Source: Candidatus Dormiibacterota bacterium
Lineage (GTDB): Bacteria > Chloroflexota > Dormibacteria > Aeolococcales > Bog-877
Assembly: GCA_035534915.1 (NCBI GenBank)
Contig: DATLQZ010000111.1
Location: 90,446-154,445, forward strand
DNA length: 64,000 nt
Direction: 5' to 3'
Below are positions 35,967-44,918 of the stretch, piece by piece. Below the pieces are notes generated by a model. That model had not been told where the DNA came from and did not search any database. It saw only the letters and a program-made list of their open reading frames with translations. A program made the translations under genes and the position numbers. The stretch's first letter is position 1. Each line of letters begins with the position of its first letter.

Positions 35967-37115
35967 CTACCGTCCTTCTTGGACATCGGGGCCTGCCGAG
36001 GTCATCAGGGACCCGGCCAGCGCGGGTTCCCCCCCCACTGGGGCGAGGACGGCATCGGATGGCGACGCCGTGACCGCTGCCCCGACCAGTTCGGGCCAGC
36101 TGAAGTCTGCGACGCGCAACCGCACGATCTCAACGGAGCGAAGAGCCGACTGCAGGACCTCACGCTCCACCGCCTGAACCTGCTGGAAGCTCAGGCCTGC
36201 CACGGTTAACTGGGGCGCCATGGTGCGAAATGGCGGGAACTCATATGCGTCGGCGGTGTTCTCGAGCAGTTGCTCAATCGCCTCGTCCCGGCTGACTGGG
36301 GCCGCGAGCGCGGGCTGGCCCCTCTCGATCAGGAAAAGGCGCTCCACCTGGCACCGACGACTCATCTCGCAGGGGACCAACTGACCGACCATGTACTTGG
36401 GGGGAGGGATGATTGCCTGTACCAAACTGTTCATCGCCATAATTGGTAGTGGCCGACCCCCAAGCCACTTCCCGACTGACCTTCCGCTTCGGGAATGAAG
36501 TCGACTCTGGATGGACAGCGCGGCGCGCTGCTGGGGCTTGAGCCGACTGGCCGCGACAGCTCGCAGCGTGTGGGCGCTGATCGTGAGTGGCTTGGGGTAG
36601 CGGCTGGCCACGCCGCTTGGCGAAAGGATGGTCATGTCGTCGGAGAGGAAGCTACCCGAGCACTGACGCAAGAGCCGGAGGATGGTGGACGTCTTGCCCG
36701 TGTCCGTCTTGGCGGACAGCATCACACCGTGTCCGAAGAGGGAGATGCAGCCCGCATGCAAGAGCATCTGGCCCTGACCGGCGACCAAAAAACGCAGAAG
36801 TGGTTCCACCACATTTGTGTAGAGAACGTGGCGGGAGACAGCCAGCAACGGGGCCGCCACCACGCGGACGGGAGGTCCCATCTCGATATCGAAGTTCGCC
36901 GTTACGGCGCCTCCCCACTCTCGGTAAGAGTAGCCTGGGAGATCCGCCTTTGGGACTGTTCCGCGCACCAAGGGGCGGACCTCGATCACCAAGTCCGGGG
37001 TGCCCGGCTCAGTAGTCCTGAAGAGCTCCAGCTCCGGTAGACGCACCTTCGAATGCACCCTTGCAACTCCATCGATGTCGTAGTGGAGCCAATGGCTCCG
37101 GTCCGAGTCACTCAT
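35967..37115 (-). CDS. HprK-related P-loop protein (putative kinase; function unknown)
   Basis: LLHAGCISLFGHGVMLSAKTDTGKTSTILRLLRQCSGSFLSDDMTIL: a Walker-A-like A....GKT followed by LSDD, as in HPr kinase C-terminal-like / HprK-related kinase proteins. The start overlaps the gtrA stop by 8 nt. Confidence 0.55.
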   Translation of the reverse strand: MSDSDRSHWLHYDIDGVARVHSKVRLPELELFRTTEPGTPDLVIEVRPLVRGTVPKADLPGYSYREWGGAVTANFDIEMGPPVRVVAAPLLAVSRHVLYTNVVEPLLRFLVAGQGQMLLHAGCISLFGHGVMLSAKTDTGKTSTILRLLRQCSGSFLSDDMTILSPSGVASRYPKPLTISAHTLRAVAASRLKPQQRAALSIQSRLHSRSGRSVGKWLGGRPLPIMAMNSLVQAIIPPPKYMVGQLVPCEMSRRCQVERLFLIERGQPALAAPVSRDEAIEQLLENTADAYEFPPFRTMAPQLTVAGLSFQQVQAVEREVLQSALRSVEIVRLRVADFSWPELVGAAVTASPSDAVLAPVGGEPALAGSLMTSAGPDVQEGR

Positions 37116-37614
37116 GGGAGGCTCCTGTACTTACTGATTCGGTGGCCGTCCGCTGTCGCCATATCCAGCCGTCCGCGACGGCGAACCTGGCTAACATGAA
37201 GACGCCGACTGCTACGAGGTTGCTGATGAGGTAATTGACGCCCATCCTGCTGGTCAGAACATAGAGGACCGGAAGACGCAGCAGAAGCGAGGCCGTGTTG
37301 AGACCGTCGAAGATGACGAAGCGGCTCAGCAGCGGACCCAGCCCGGCACCTACGCTCGCCTGCCTGAAAACCCAGGCCTCGTTGATCGCAAAGGCGACTA
37401 CTGTGGACCCCTGGCTGGCCACGGCTGCAGCCACCAAATAGTTAAGTCCGAACCCGCTCACCAGGATCGCCAGGATGACCTGGTTGACCACAAGCCCAGC
37501 CAGACCCACCAGACCGAAGGCTCCTCCGCGCGCGATCCGACCGCCGCCCCAGCGCATCAGCGCGGCCACGGTCGGGATCCGCCCTAACGACCCGGAAGTC
37601 CCCGCGAGCTTCAT
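37108..37614 (-). CDS. GtrA-family membrane protein (putative lipid-linked sugar flippase)
   Basis: Four TM helices with the GtrA pattern (GLVVNQVILAILVSGFGLNYLVAAAVASQGSTVVAFAINEAWVFR). ATGA overlap with the GT2 stop. Confidence 0.85.
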   Translation of the reverse strand: MKLAGTSGSLGRIPTVAALMRWGGGRIARGGAFGLVGLAGLVVNQVILAILVSGFGLNYLVAAAVASQGSTVVAFAINEAWVFRQASVGAGLGPLLSRFVIFDGLNTASLLLRLPVLYVLTSRMGVNYLISNLVAVGVFMLARFAVADGWIWRQRTATESVSTGASHE

Positions 37615-39131
37615 GACACCTCAGGCACTGGCCCGGTGCCGCGAGCAGCATCGTCGGCGCCAGCCAACCAGGAGCTCTCCTGACGACTGGACCATGTCAC
37701 AGCGGCGTGCAGGTCCCGGGCCGAGAACGAGGTTCTTCCGGCTCGGGCCAAGACCGCGATGCGAGTGACCCGCCGGCCACCGTTGAGCCTGGGAACGAGG
37801 ATCAGACTGAAAGACTCGACATTCACTCGGGTTTGAGGCCGACTGGATGGGAGTTCTGTCATCAGGAGTGGACGCCGAGTGCGGGTCACGTGATTCACCA
37901 AGTCAGCACCGACCATGTCTTCGAGCCGGTGCGAGCTGTCAACGGGCTGGAGGGCCTCGGCCCACCAGGCGCGGTCGGCGCCGAGGCGGCGGGCTAGGGC
38001 CTGAAGCGAGAGCTCGTCGGCCACTGAGACCGCCGGGGCCAAACGGCGACCCCGGTAACGTACGTAAGAGACCATACCATAGCCGACAGCGAGTGCAACC
38101 AGCTGGGCAATCAAAGCCACGAGCACCGTGGCTGCCCTGGCCTTGGCGGCCAGCAATGCGAAGCTGAGGATGCCGCCTGCCACGCTCGCCAGACCCATCG
38201 CCCACAGCAGCCACTGGCCCGCCATTCCGACCCGCCACAGAGCGGACCGGAAGGTCACCATGCTGTAGACCGCGACACTGGCGAGGAGGCTCGTTCCGGA
38301 GGCCACCAGCCAAGGGGTGGGCGGTTGGAGCGGCAACTGGGTGAGGATGGCGATGCAGATCACGAATACCCCCATGCCGGCCCCTGCGGAGAAGGCCACC
38401 TTGCCCAGCAGCGCGGTGAGGGGAACATATATGAAGAGGGACAGCACATGCCTCCCAAACAGGACTCCCTGAGCCAGCGTGGCCTTGCTGACTCCGGAGT
38501 ACCGAGGCCCAAATGCAAAGGGAACATCGGTCACGTGTATCGCTGGCAGGCACACGAGGAGCTCGAGCAGGATCTTGAAGCCAATCGGTCTCATCTCCAG
38601 GCCCGCTACACAGCTTTGCCGTACGCAGAAGAAGCCACTCAGCGGGTCGGTCGTGCGCCGGCTCTCGGCGAAGAAGCACTGCGCGACCCAGGACACGCCC
38701 CTGCTCACAGCCTTCCGAAAGGGACCGGCAAGCCCGGCCGCGCTGCCCCCGGTCGTGTAGCGTGAAGCCACGGCTAGGTCGGCGCCTTCCCTTATCGCGG
38801 CGAGTAACCTGGGGACGACACTGGGAGGATGTTGGAGGTCGGCGTCCATTACGCACACCGCAGTCCCGACGGCCAAAGCGAGCCCCGCGAACACGGCGGT
38901 TCCGAGGCCGCCTTGTTCGGAAGGATCGCGTTCGATGACCCTCCAATTCCGATCGCCCGCTGCAATCTGACGGAGCATCGGTCGGGTGACCTCATCGTTG
39001 CTGTCATCCACGATGATGACCTCGTACTCGATCCCCGCGAGCGCCTCCATCAGCTGCTCATGTAGGGCTCCAAGGTTTGCGGCCTCGTTACGCGTGGGAA
39101 CGACGACACTCAGCTCGCAGACCTCGGTCAC
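37611..39131 (-). CDS. GT2 polyprenyl-phosphate sugar synthase (Dpm1/GtrB/Ppm1-like) with an extra 4-TM region and a C-terminal domain of about 150 aa and unknown function
   Basis: LSVVVPTRNEAANL, IIVDDSNDE and VMDADLQHPP (DxD). Start chosen at the GTG 7 nt after gggggaggag. The tracked ORF extends 148 low-complexity codons further, to 39575. Confidence 0.85.
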   Translation of the reverse strand: MTEVCELSVVVPTRNEAANLGALHEQLMEALAGIEYEVIIVDDSNDEVTRPMLRQIAAGDRNWRVIERDPSEQGGLGTAVFAGLALAVGTAVCVMDADLQHPPSVVPRLLAAIREGADLAVASRYTTGGSAAGLAGPFRKAVSRGVSWVAQCFFAESRRTTDPLSGFFCVRQSCVAGLEMRPIGFKILLELLVCLPAIHVTDVPFAFGPRYSGVSKATLAQGVLFGRHVLSLFIYVPLTALLGKVAFSAGAGMGVFVICIAILTQLPLQPPTPWLVASGTSLLASVAVYSMVTFRSALWRVGMAGQWLLWAMGLASVAGGILSFALLAAKARAATVLVALIAQLVALAVGYGMVSYVRYRGRRLAPAVSVADELSLQALARRLGADRAWWAEALQPVDSSHRLEDMVGADLVNHVTRTRRPLLMTELPSSRPQTRVNVESFSLILVPRLNGGRRVTRIAVLARAGRTSFSARDLHAAVTWSSRQESSWLAGADDAARGTGPVPEVS

Positions 39132-39643
39132 GACCGAACTCCTCCCCCGGGAGTAATCTCCGCGACCAGGCGCGCGCCCGGCTTGGGCGGCCCGGCCTGC
39201 AGCTGGCCAAGGGTAGTCCACAGTGACCGACCGGAATCGGCCCGCGTCCACTCCCCGTGCCCTACCAACTGACCTCTGCAACGACCGTTCTGACGGCACA
39301 CCTGAAGCTCCCTGTGGCACGCGCCACCCTTTTTCAAGAAGGAGGCCGGCCCCCCCCAGGCCTGTGGCCGTATCGCCCACCAGACACCCTGTCTCCGCTG
39401 CTGTTCCGGATTGTGACCGGAGATATCCGACCTCGTCAAGGGGGATGACGGGGCTGTTACAAGTGTGGCCTGACCGAATCGGACGCCCCGCCGGATCCTC
39501 GGGGGCGAAGCCGTGTTCCGTACTGCCCTCTGGAACAGGGCGACTGAGGGACGGCGGTTGGGCAGCCGGGGGCACGTCGGACCCGAGATCGACAGCAGAG
39601 CTACGGCCTCCTTCCCCTGGGCCACTCGGCGACTTGGTGCGAG

Positions 39644-39672
39644 AAATTAGGGCAGTTTTGGCTCGCTGTCAA
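39644..39672 (-). promoter_or_regulatory. near-consensus sigma-70-like promoter about 500 nt upstream of the GT2 start
   Basis: Minus strand: TTGACA, exactly 17 nt (gcgagccaaaactgccc), then TAATTT. Such a match is unexpected by chance in this GC-rich context. Confidence 0.45.
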
Positions 39673-40246
39673 GGAGCGGTAGGGGAGAGGGGCTGGTAAT
39701 CTCTCCTAACCAGCCGGGCGGACCTTGCGTTGCCTTCCTGCTTACCTGAGCGATCCGTGCCGAGGCGGATACGGTGGCTTGGTCCGGTTTCTTAGGGCGT
39801 GGCTCCGGCGGAGGCATGGCCCTGAGGGAAAGATACTTGCCCCCACCGGAGATCCCGAAACCATCGGTTTCGCGTTCGGAGTTGGCGCGGGCCACGCTCA
39901 GATGGCCCAGCGCCTCTAAGTCACGCGGGTCCGTCCCCAGAACCCGAGGTCCGGCTGGCGACGTCTCTGAGGGAGATCGCGGGGCGCCCAAATCTGCGGA
40001 TGAGGCCGAGCCGAACTGGTGGTCGCTGATCGCTCAGGCCCGGACTCAAATGGGGGCTCCCGCGGCAGAGCGTCAAGGCGGGGCGGACCCTCCCGGGCAG
40101 GACCCATTGCGGTCAGCGGTGCGGACGCGGGTTAGACCGCGAACGGCGACGCCACGAACTCCCGTTCGGCCTCAGAAGGTGGGGCACAGACTCGTATGTA
40201 TGCCGGAACGGGGTTACAACCTGCCGGCCTTGATCGCGCCGTCTGG

Positions 40247-42613
40247 TCAGAGTCCCGTAGTGATGTCTAGCATCGCCCTTGTCAGGGCCATGCGGCTGGG
40301 TCGCTCGTCAGCGAATCGGGCCAAGGCGGCGACTATGTGAGCGCCCGTGAGGTGAGCCTCCTCCATGACTTCGTCCACGCTGCCTCCGGTCCGCCAGCGA
40401 TCATCCCAATCAGGGGAGAGGGAGTATTGGTCTGCCAGTGGGGCAGAGATCCAGTCGCGCATGAGACGGAGCGCGCCATTGGTGATGGCCATCGAGTCGA
40501 GGCGGTCCGCCGCACTTACGGTGGCGTCGCGGTAGGCCTCCCCCTGTAAGGCAAAGAGCTGCGGGCTGATCGCCGCGACGATCTTCAAGTTGTAGCCGGC
40601 GCGGTCGATTTGAGGCAGAACTGAGATCAAATTAGCCGTCGGCAAAGTCCCTCGGACGAAAACGGTGCCGTGTCGCGGCTCGCCCTCTCTAAAGTCGCGG
40701 ATGAGGTACGCTCCTCGAGCCGCCTCCTCGTGGGAGGGTATGGCCAGCGCAGTCCGGTCTGGTATCTCCACCGGGGGTCGGGTCAGATGAAGAGCGATGA
40801 TCGGGGCTGGGCTCGCCAGCGCTGCCGCTAGGACGACCGGTACCTCGTTGTACTCCCAAGGGTGCAGGTCGATGACGTGGCCGGCGGGGAACAGTTGGGT
40901 GACGCCGGGAGAGAAGATCCCGAAATGGGTACGCGAATCCTCGGCTGTTTCGGGGCCGGAGTGTCCCGCTATCCACAGCACCTTGCCCACCTTGAGCTCG
41001 CAGTCCTGGGCGAGCTGGCTGAATAGTCTCATCTCTCCGTACTTCAGGTAGCTGAAGGACCCGTAGGTGGAGCAGGCAGTCCAGAAGCCGTCAAAGTCGC
41101 GGAAGGGGTCTTCGGCGAGGTTCACAGAGGCTATCCCGACGCTGATTCCGGCGTTGGTGAACTCGGTTATCTCTTGAGGCAAGACCGTACCTCGCCGGTT
41201 CGCGACTCGGTCGTACCAACCCCACCCGGGAATGTCATCCCATCCCTTGCCGAAGCCGCTGAGGTTGGTGGAGTCAGCGAGATCGGCGGAGCTGCCGATG
41301 AAGAGGGGTCGGCCGTATTCAGACCTGGCAAAGGAGTTGACCCAGCTACCCCACGCCGCCAAAGCGGCGCGATTGGGCTGGCGCTCCCCGGGCGCTTTGA
41401 ACATTGCTGGCGGATATGATCGAAAGTCGGTCAGGCGAGGATCCGAGAAGATCTTTGCTGCCCTCCCTCCCAGGTTGAAACCCTCAATCTGCTCGGGGAC
41501 CGAGGCGGCGATCTGGAGCAGCCTGTCCGCCAGGTAGTCAACGAGATTGCGGTCCCGGCGGAGGACCGCAAGCGCTGTCTGTAGGTTGTGTGCAGCTTGT
41601 TGCGACAGCGCCTCCGGGTCGGTTGGAGCCGGCTCGTCAACTCCTTCGTAGGTGACTCCGTATAGCTGCATGAACCGTTTGCGGACGGTCCAAAACTCAG
41701 GGCTGTTGAGCGGGTGAGGGGTTCCGTGGGAGGAGGCGTCGTATTTGCCGTAGCCTCGCCCCTTCTTGGTCTTGAACCACGCCGCTGAAGGACCGGAAAG
41801 ACTCCGATCGCGGCGGGTGACTTCCAAAACAGTCCGGGTGACCGACTCCCACTCCATGCCGTCATCGGTCCCGACGACGTGCCAGCCGTAGGGTTCGAAC
41901 CAGCTTCTGGGGTCCCCGGGGACAACCGAAGAAGCTGGCCGCTGATCGATGCCGAAGTCGTTCCAATCAACCAGGAAGATGAGGTTGTCCAGCCCCAGCC
42001 CCCAGGCGGAGTTTTTGGTTTCGTGGGCCGCTCCAGGCGTCAGCCCTCCTTCACCCTCTACCGTGAAGACTCGGACCTCGCCCGCTCCGGCGAGTTTGAG
42101 CGCGAGCGCCTCGCCAGCGGCAGGTGGCATCCCATGGCCGGAAGGTCCGGTGTTGAACTTGAGGAAGAGGCTCTTCCCACTCATCTCCGCGTGACCGGGC
42201 AGACCTCCGCGGTGCCGGAGTCCCAAGAGGTCCTCCCAGGTGAGAGCCCATCGGCCACCCTCCGGGGCGGCGAATCGTGGGTCTGAATCCCGTTCATGGC
42301 GGGCGCGCATCGCCTCGTTGAGCACCGCTAGGGTCGAGTAGATGAGAGGGACGGTGTGTCCTGCCGACAGGACGAAGCGGTCTCCAAAGCGCCGCCATGG
42401 ACGGTGGATGTCCCAGCGCATCGCTCCTGAGAGCATGGTGGCTATAAGCAGGTGGACTTTCGATCTGGACCCGCCTGGGTGTCCCGACTGCCGATAGTTG
42501 AGAGAGAGGTCGATCATCTCGTCAACGAGGTCCTTCAGGACCTCCCAGTGTCCAAACGACGCGCGGGATTCGGCGAGTAGATCTGCTGCCTCAGATCGCT
42601 GCGTGGTTGGCAA
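40247..42613 (-). CDS. transketolase-family ThDP enzyme, atypically long (788 aa)
   Basis: ThDP motifs SGHPGGS, LSAGHTVPLIYS, GPSGHGMPPAAG and EGEGGLTPG...N, plus pyrimidine-binding and C-terminal domains. Longer than canonical Tkt enzymes, which I recall as about 660-700 aa. Confidence 0.75.
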   Translation of the reverse strand: MPTTQRSEAADLLAESRASFGHWEVLKDLVDEMIDLSLNYRQSGHPGGSRSKVHLLIATMLSGAMRWDIHRPWRRFGDRFVLSAGHTVPLIYSTLAVLNEAMRARHERDSDPRFAAPEGGRWALTWEDLLGLRHRGGLPGHAEMSGKSLFLKFNTGPSGHGMPPAAGEALALKLAGAGEVRVFTVEGEGGLTPGAAHETKNSAWGLGLDNLIFLVDWNDFGIDQRPASSVVPGDPRSWFEPYGWHVVGTDDGMEWESVTRTVLEVTRRDRSLSGPSAAWFKTKKGRGYGKYDASSHGTPHPLNSPEFWTVRKRFMQLYGVTYEGVDEPAPTDPEALSQQAAHNLQTALAVLRRDRNLVDYLADRLLQIAASVPEQIEGFNLGGRAAKIFSDPRLTDFRSYPPAMFKAPGERQPNRAALAAWGSWVNSFARSEYGRPLFIGSSADLADSTNLSGFGKGWDDIPGWGWYDRVANRRGTVLPQEITEFTNAGISVGIASVNLAEDPFRDFDGFWTACSTYGSFSYLKYGEMRLFSQLAQDCELKVGKVLWIAGHSGPETAEDSRTHFGIFSPGVTQLFPAGHVIDLHPWEYNEVPVVLAAALASPAPIIALHLTRPPVEIPDRTALAIPSHEEAARGAYLIRDFREGEPRHGTVFVRGTLPTANLISVLPQIDRAGYNLKIVAAISPQLFALQGEAYRDATVSAADRLDSMAITNGALRLMRDWISAPLADQYSLSPDWDDRWRTGGSVDEVMEEAHLTGAHIVAALARFADERPSRMALTRAMLDITTGL

Positions 42614-42817
42614 GGACGACCTCCAGTCCGGGCGGCGCCGATGGACCCACCCCGTTGGTGAGCGCTGTCGTGAAGTGACCCCCTCGAGTGTACTGCCGTG
42701 GTTACGGCGATGGTTTCGAGGGGTCCGAAGTGGTCACCTCCCGCCCGAAGGACCGGCGTATCATCCTGGGTAGCGTGGCTGAGCTGGCCGCGGAGATCGA
42801 TCCAGAGGGGTATTGCC

Positions 42818-43255
42818 ATGGCGGTCAGGACAGCCCACGTCGCCTGGAATGGAACGCTCGAGCAGGGTTCTGGTCAAGTCGAATTGACCAGCAGCAAACT
42901 GGCGACATACGAGGTCAGTTTCCCGCGGCGGACGGCTGACGACGCCGAGGGAGTCACCAGCCCTGAGGAGCTTATTGCCGCCGCCCACGCTGCGTGCTAT
43001 GCCATGCAGCTGTCGGCGATGATTGCCAAGGAGGGCGTGACCCCGGGATCCCTGGATGTCACGGCCGCGGTTTCACTTGGCCCCGATCCTGCTGGCGGCC
43101 TCGCAATAACCGGGATTCGTCTGACCGTAATCGGGAAGCTCGATGGCTTGAACGATGTGGAGTTTGAGAGAGTGGCCCAGGCTGCGAAGGCGGGCTGTCC
43201 CGTGAGTAAGGCTTTGACGGGGACCACGATCACTTTGGATGCCAGCCTCGCTTGA
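42818..43255 (+). CDS. osmC: OsmC-family peroxiredoxin
   Basis: MAVRTAHVAWNGTLEQGSG...PEELIAAAHAACYAM...AKAGCPVSKAL, with both conserved Cys regions. Start at the internal ATG of the tracked ORF. Confidence 0.88.
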   Translation: MAVRTAHVAWNGTLEQGSGQVELTSSKLATYEVSFPRRTADDAEGVTSPEELIAAAHAACYAMQLSAMIAKEGVTPGSLDVTAAVSLGPDPAGGLAITGIRLTVIGKLDGLNDVEFERVAQAAKAGCPVSKALTGTTITLDASLA

Positions 43256-43632
43256 TGGCGCGTCTCTCCTAAGGGGACTCGACGGTCAGTAGCACTGTGC
43301 CCGGTTCCGGTCTTGCGGGGGCAGCGCCCGACGGCGGTTAGGAGTCCTTGTGGTGACGAACCGCGCCCCGGCTCCAGCTCTTGGGGCAACGGGCCACGGT
43401 GGCTGCGCCACCCGACGGGGCCCCGGTCGGTCGTGACGGGAAGGGCGGATGTGCGGAGTCGGGCCCAGACCCCACCGCCCTCGGGCGACCTATACCCTAT
43501 ATGTCTGGTTATATCCGGCGGGCAACCGGGGCGCACCACTCAGGCGGGTCACCATCGCCCTGGACGGGGCCGGAGCCTGAAGGTCAGAGAGCAAGGCGCC
43601 ACCAGGGAACGTCATTTGTGAGGAGTCGCGCG

Positions 43633-44871
43633 ATGAACGAAAAGACCCGGAGAGCTGGTACAGGAGACGACCTTGACGTCACCGCCATCAGGGCGGACTT
43701 CCCGGCCCTCGCCGACGGCTACGCCTATCTGGACGGAGCTGCTGGGACTCAGACGCCCAACCCCGTCATAGACGCTATCGCTGACGCCTATCGGCTGGGC
43801 CTGAGCAACACCGACGGGCCATTCCCGGCGAGTCAGCGCAGCAACGCCATCATCGCCGCTTGTCGTCAGGCGGTGGCGGACCTAGTCGGCGGTCAACCGC
43901 AGGGGGTCATCCTGGGGCCAAACATGACGACTCTCACGTATCGGCTGTCAGCCGCGATCGCCAAGCTCTGGGGTCACGGCGACGAGATCGTGGTCTCCCA
44001 ACTGGACCACGACGCGAATGTGAGGCCCTGGGTGCAGGCCGCAGAGCGCAGCGGGGTGACTGTCCGGTGGGCGCGGGTCGACGTCGAGACCGGAGAGTTG
44101 AACTGGGAGCAATATCAGGAGCTAGTCGGTCCCAGGACCCGGCTGGTTGCGGTGACCGCTGCTAGCAATGTGCTCGGAATCCGTCCCCAGGTCGAGCGCA
44201 TAACGGAGATCGCTCACGCTGCAGGGGCGCTCACCTATGTGGACGGGGTGCACGCGACGCCGCATGGGCCCATTGACATTCATTCGCTGGGGGCCGACTT
44301 CTACCTGACCTCGGCTTACAAATGGTGCGGCCCGCACATCGGGGCGGCGATCGCCACCCCGGCTCTGTTGGAGAGCCTTCATCCGGATAAGCTGATTCCG
44401 GCCAGCGACGATGTCCCCGATCGATTCCAAACCGGAACCGCTCCATTTGCCGACTTTGCCGGGGTGACCGCCGCAGTGGACCATCTGGCGGGTTTGCTGC
44501 CGCCGGGAAACGGTGAGCGTCGTGCTCAGTTGCTGACGACGATGGCGGCCGTCGAGAGTTATGAATCCAAACTGTTCGAGGAGCTCAAAGGAGGCCTCGG
44601 CGCGATGCCGCACGTGACGCTCTACGGCCATTCCCTGAAACAGGCCCCGACGGCCTACTTCCAGGTTGCGAACCACTCGCCTGAGGATGTCGCTGCGCAG
44701 CTGGCGGCGGCTAGAATCAACGTCTGGAGTGGCGATAACTACGCCTGGGAGGTCGTCGGTGCGCTGGGGCTGCGTGCTGTCGGGGGAGCGGTGCGGGCGA
44801 GTCTGGTTCACTACAACAACCGGGAGGACGTGAGCCGGCTGCTGGATGCGGTAGACCGCTTGCGGAGCTAG
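43633..44871 (+). CDS. class V aminotransferase, cysteine desulfurase-like family protein
   Basis: FPALADGYAYLDGAAGTQTP, LDHDANVRPW, ASNVLGI, and YVDGVHATPHGPIDI...SAYKWCGPH (the PLP Lys). Start at the ATG after gaggag; the tracked ORF starts 84 codons earlier. Confidence 0.85.
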   Translation: MNEKTRRAGTGDDLDVTAIRADFPALADGYAYLDGAAGTQTPNPVIDAIADAYRLGLSNTDGPFPASQRSNAIIAACRQAVADLVGGQPQGVILGPNMTTLTYRLSAAIAKLWGHGDEIVVSQLDHDANVRPWVQAAERSGVTVRWARVDVETGELNWEQYQELVGPRTRLVAVTAASNVLGIRPQVERITEIAHAAGALTYVDGVHATPHGPIDIHSLGADFYLTSAYKWCGPHIGAAIATPALLESLHPDKLIPASDDVPDRFQTGTAPFADFAGVTAAVDHLAGLLPPGNGERRAQLLTTMAAVESYESKLFEELKGGLGAMPHVTLYGHSLKQAPTAYFQVANHSPEDVAAQLAAARINVWSGDNYAWEVVGALGLRAVGGAVRASLVHYNNREDVSRLLDAVDRLRS

Positions 44872-44873
44872 CG

Positions 44874-44887
44874 GCTCGGGCCCGAGC
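44874..44887 (+). terminator. 14-bp perfect palindrome/hairpin between convergent genes
   Basis: gctcgggcccgagc, then ttagtt, 3 nt after the aminotransferase stop. Confidence 0.35.
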
Positions 44888-44918
44888 TTAGTTCCCGGGC
44901 CACACCGCAGGTGGAGTG

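Noticed and set aside
39255-39280. tRNA-like D-arm string (minus strand ggtcAGTTGGTAGggcac) in the operon leader.
   Set aside because: No matching acceptor stem, anticodon arm or GTTCRANYC T-loop could be assembled around it.
39132-39575. 148-aa N-terminal extension of the GT2 ORF, and the alternative 165-aa ORF 39128..39625.
   Set aside because: Both are low-complexity Pro/Arg/Gly sequences. A strong SD (gggggaggag) precedes the GTG at 39131, right where the GT2 domain begins. The region is kept as a leader under findings.
39132-40246. Possible tmRNA, RNase P RNA, SRP RNA or 6S RNA in the 1.1-kb gene-free stretch.
   Set aside because: I found none of the diagnostic cores on either strand: GAGGAAAGTCC, GGTTCGATTCC...CCACCA, or the SRP GGAA/AGCA loop. 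A covariance-model scan is still needed.
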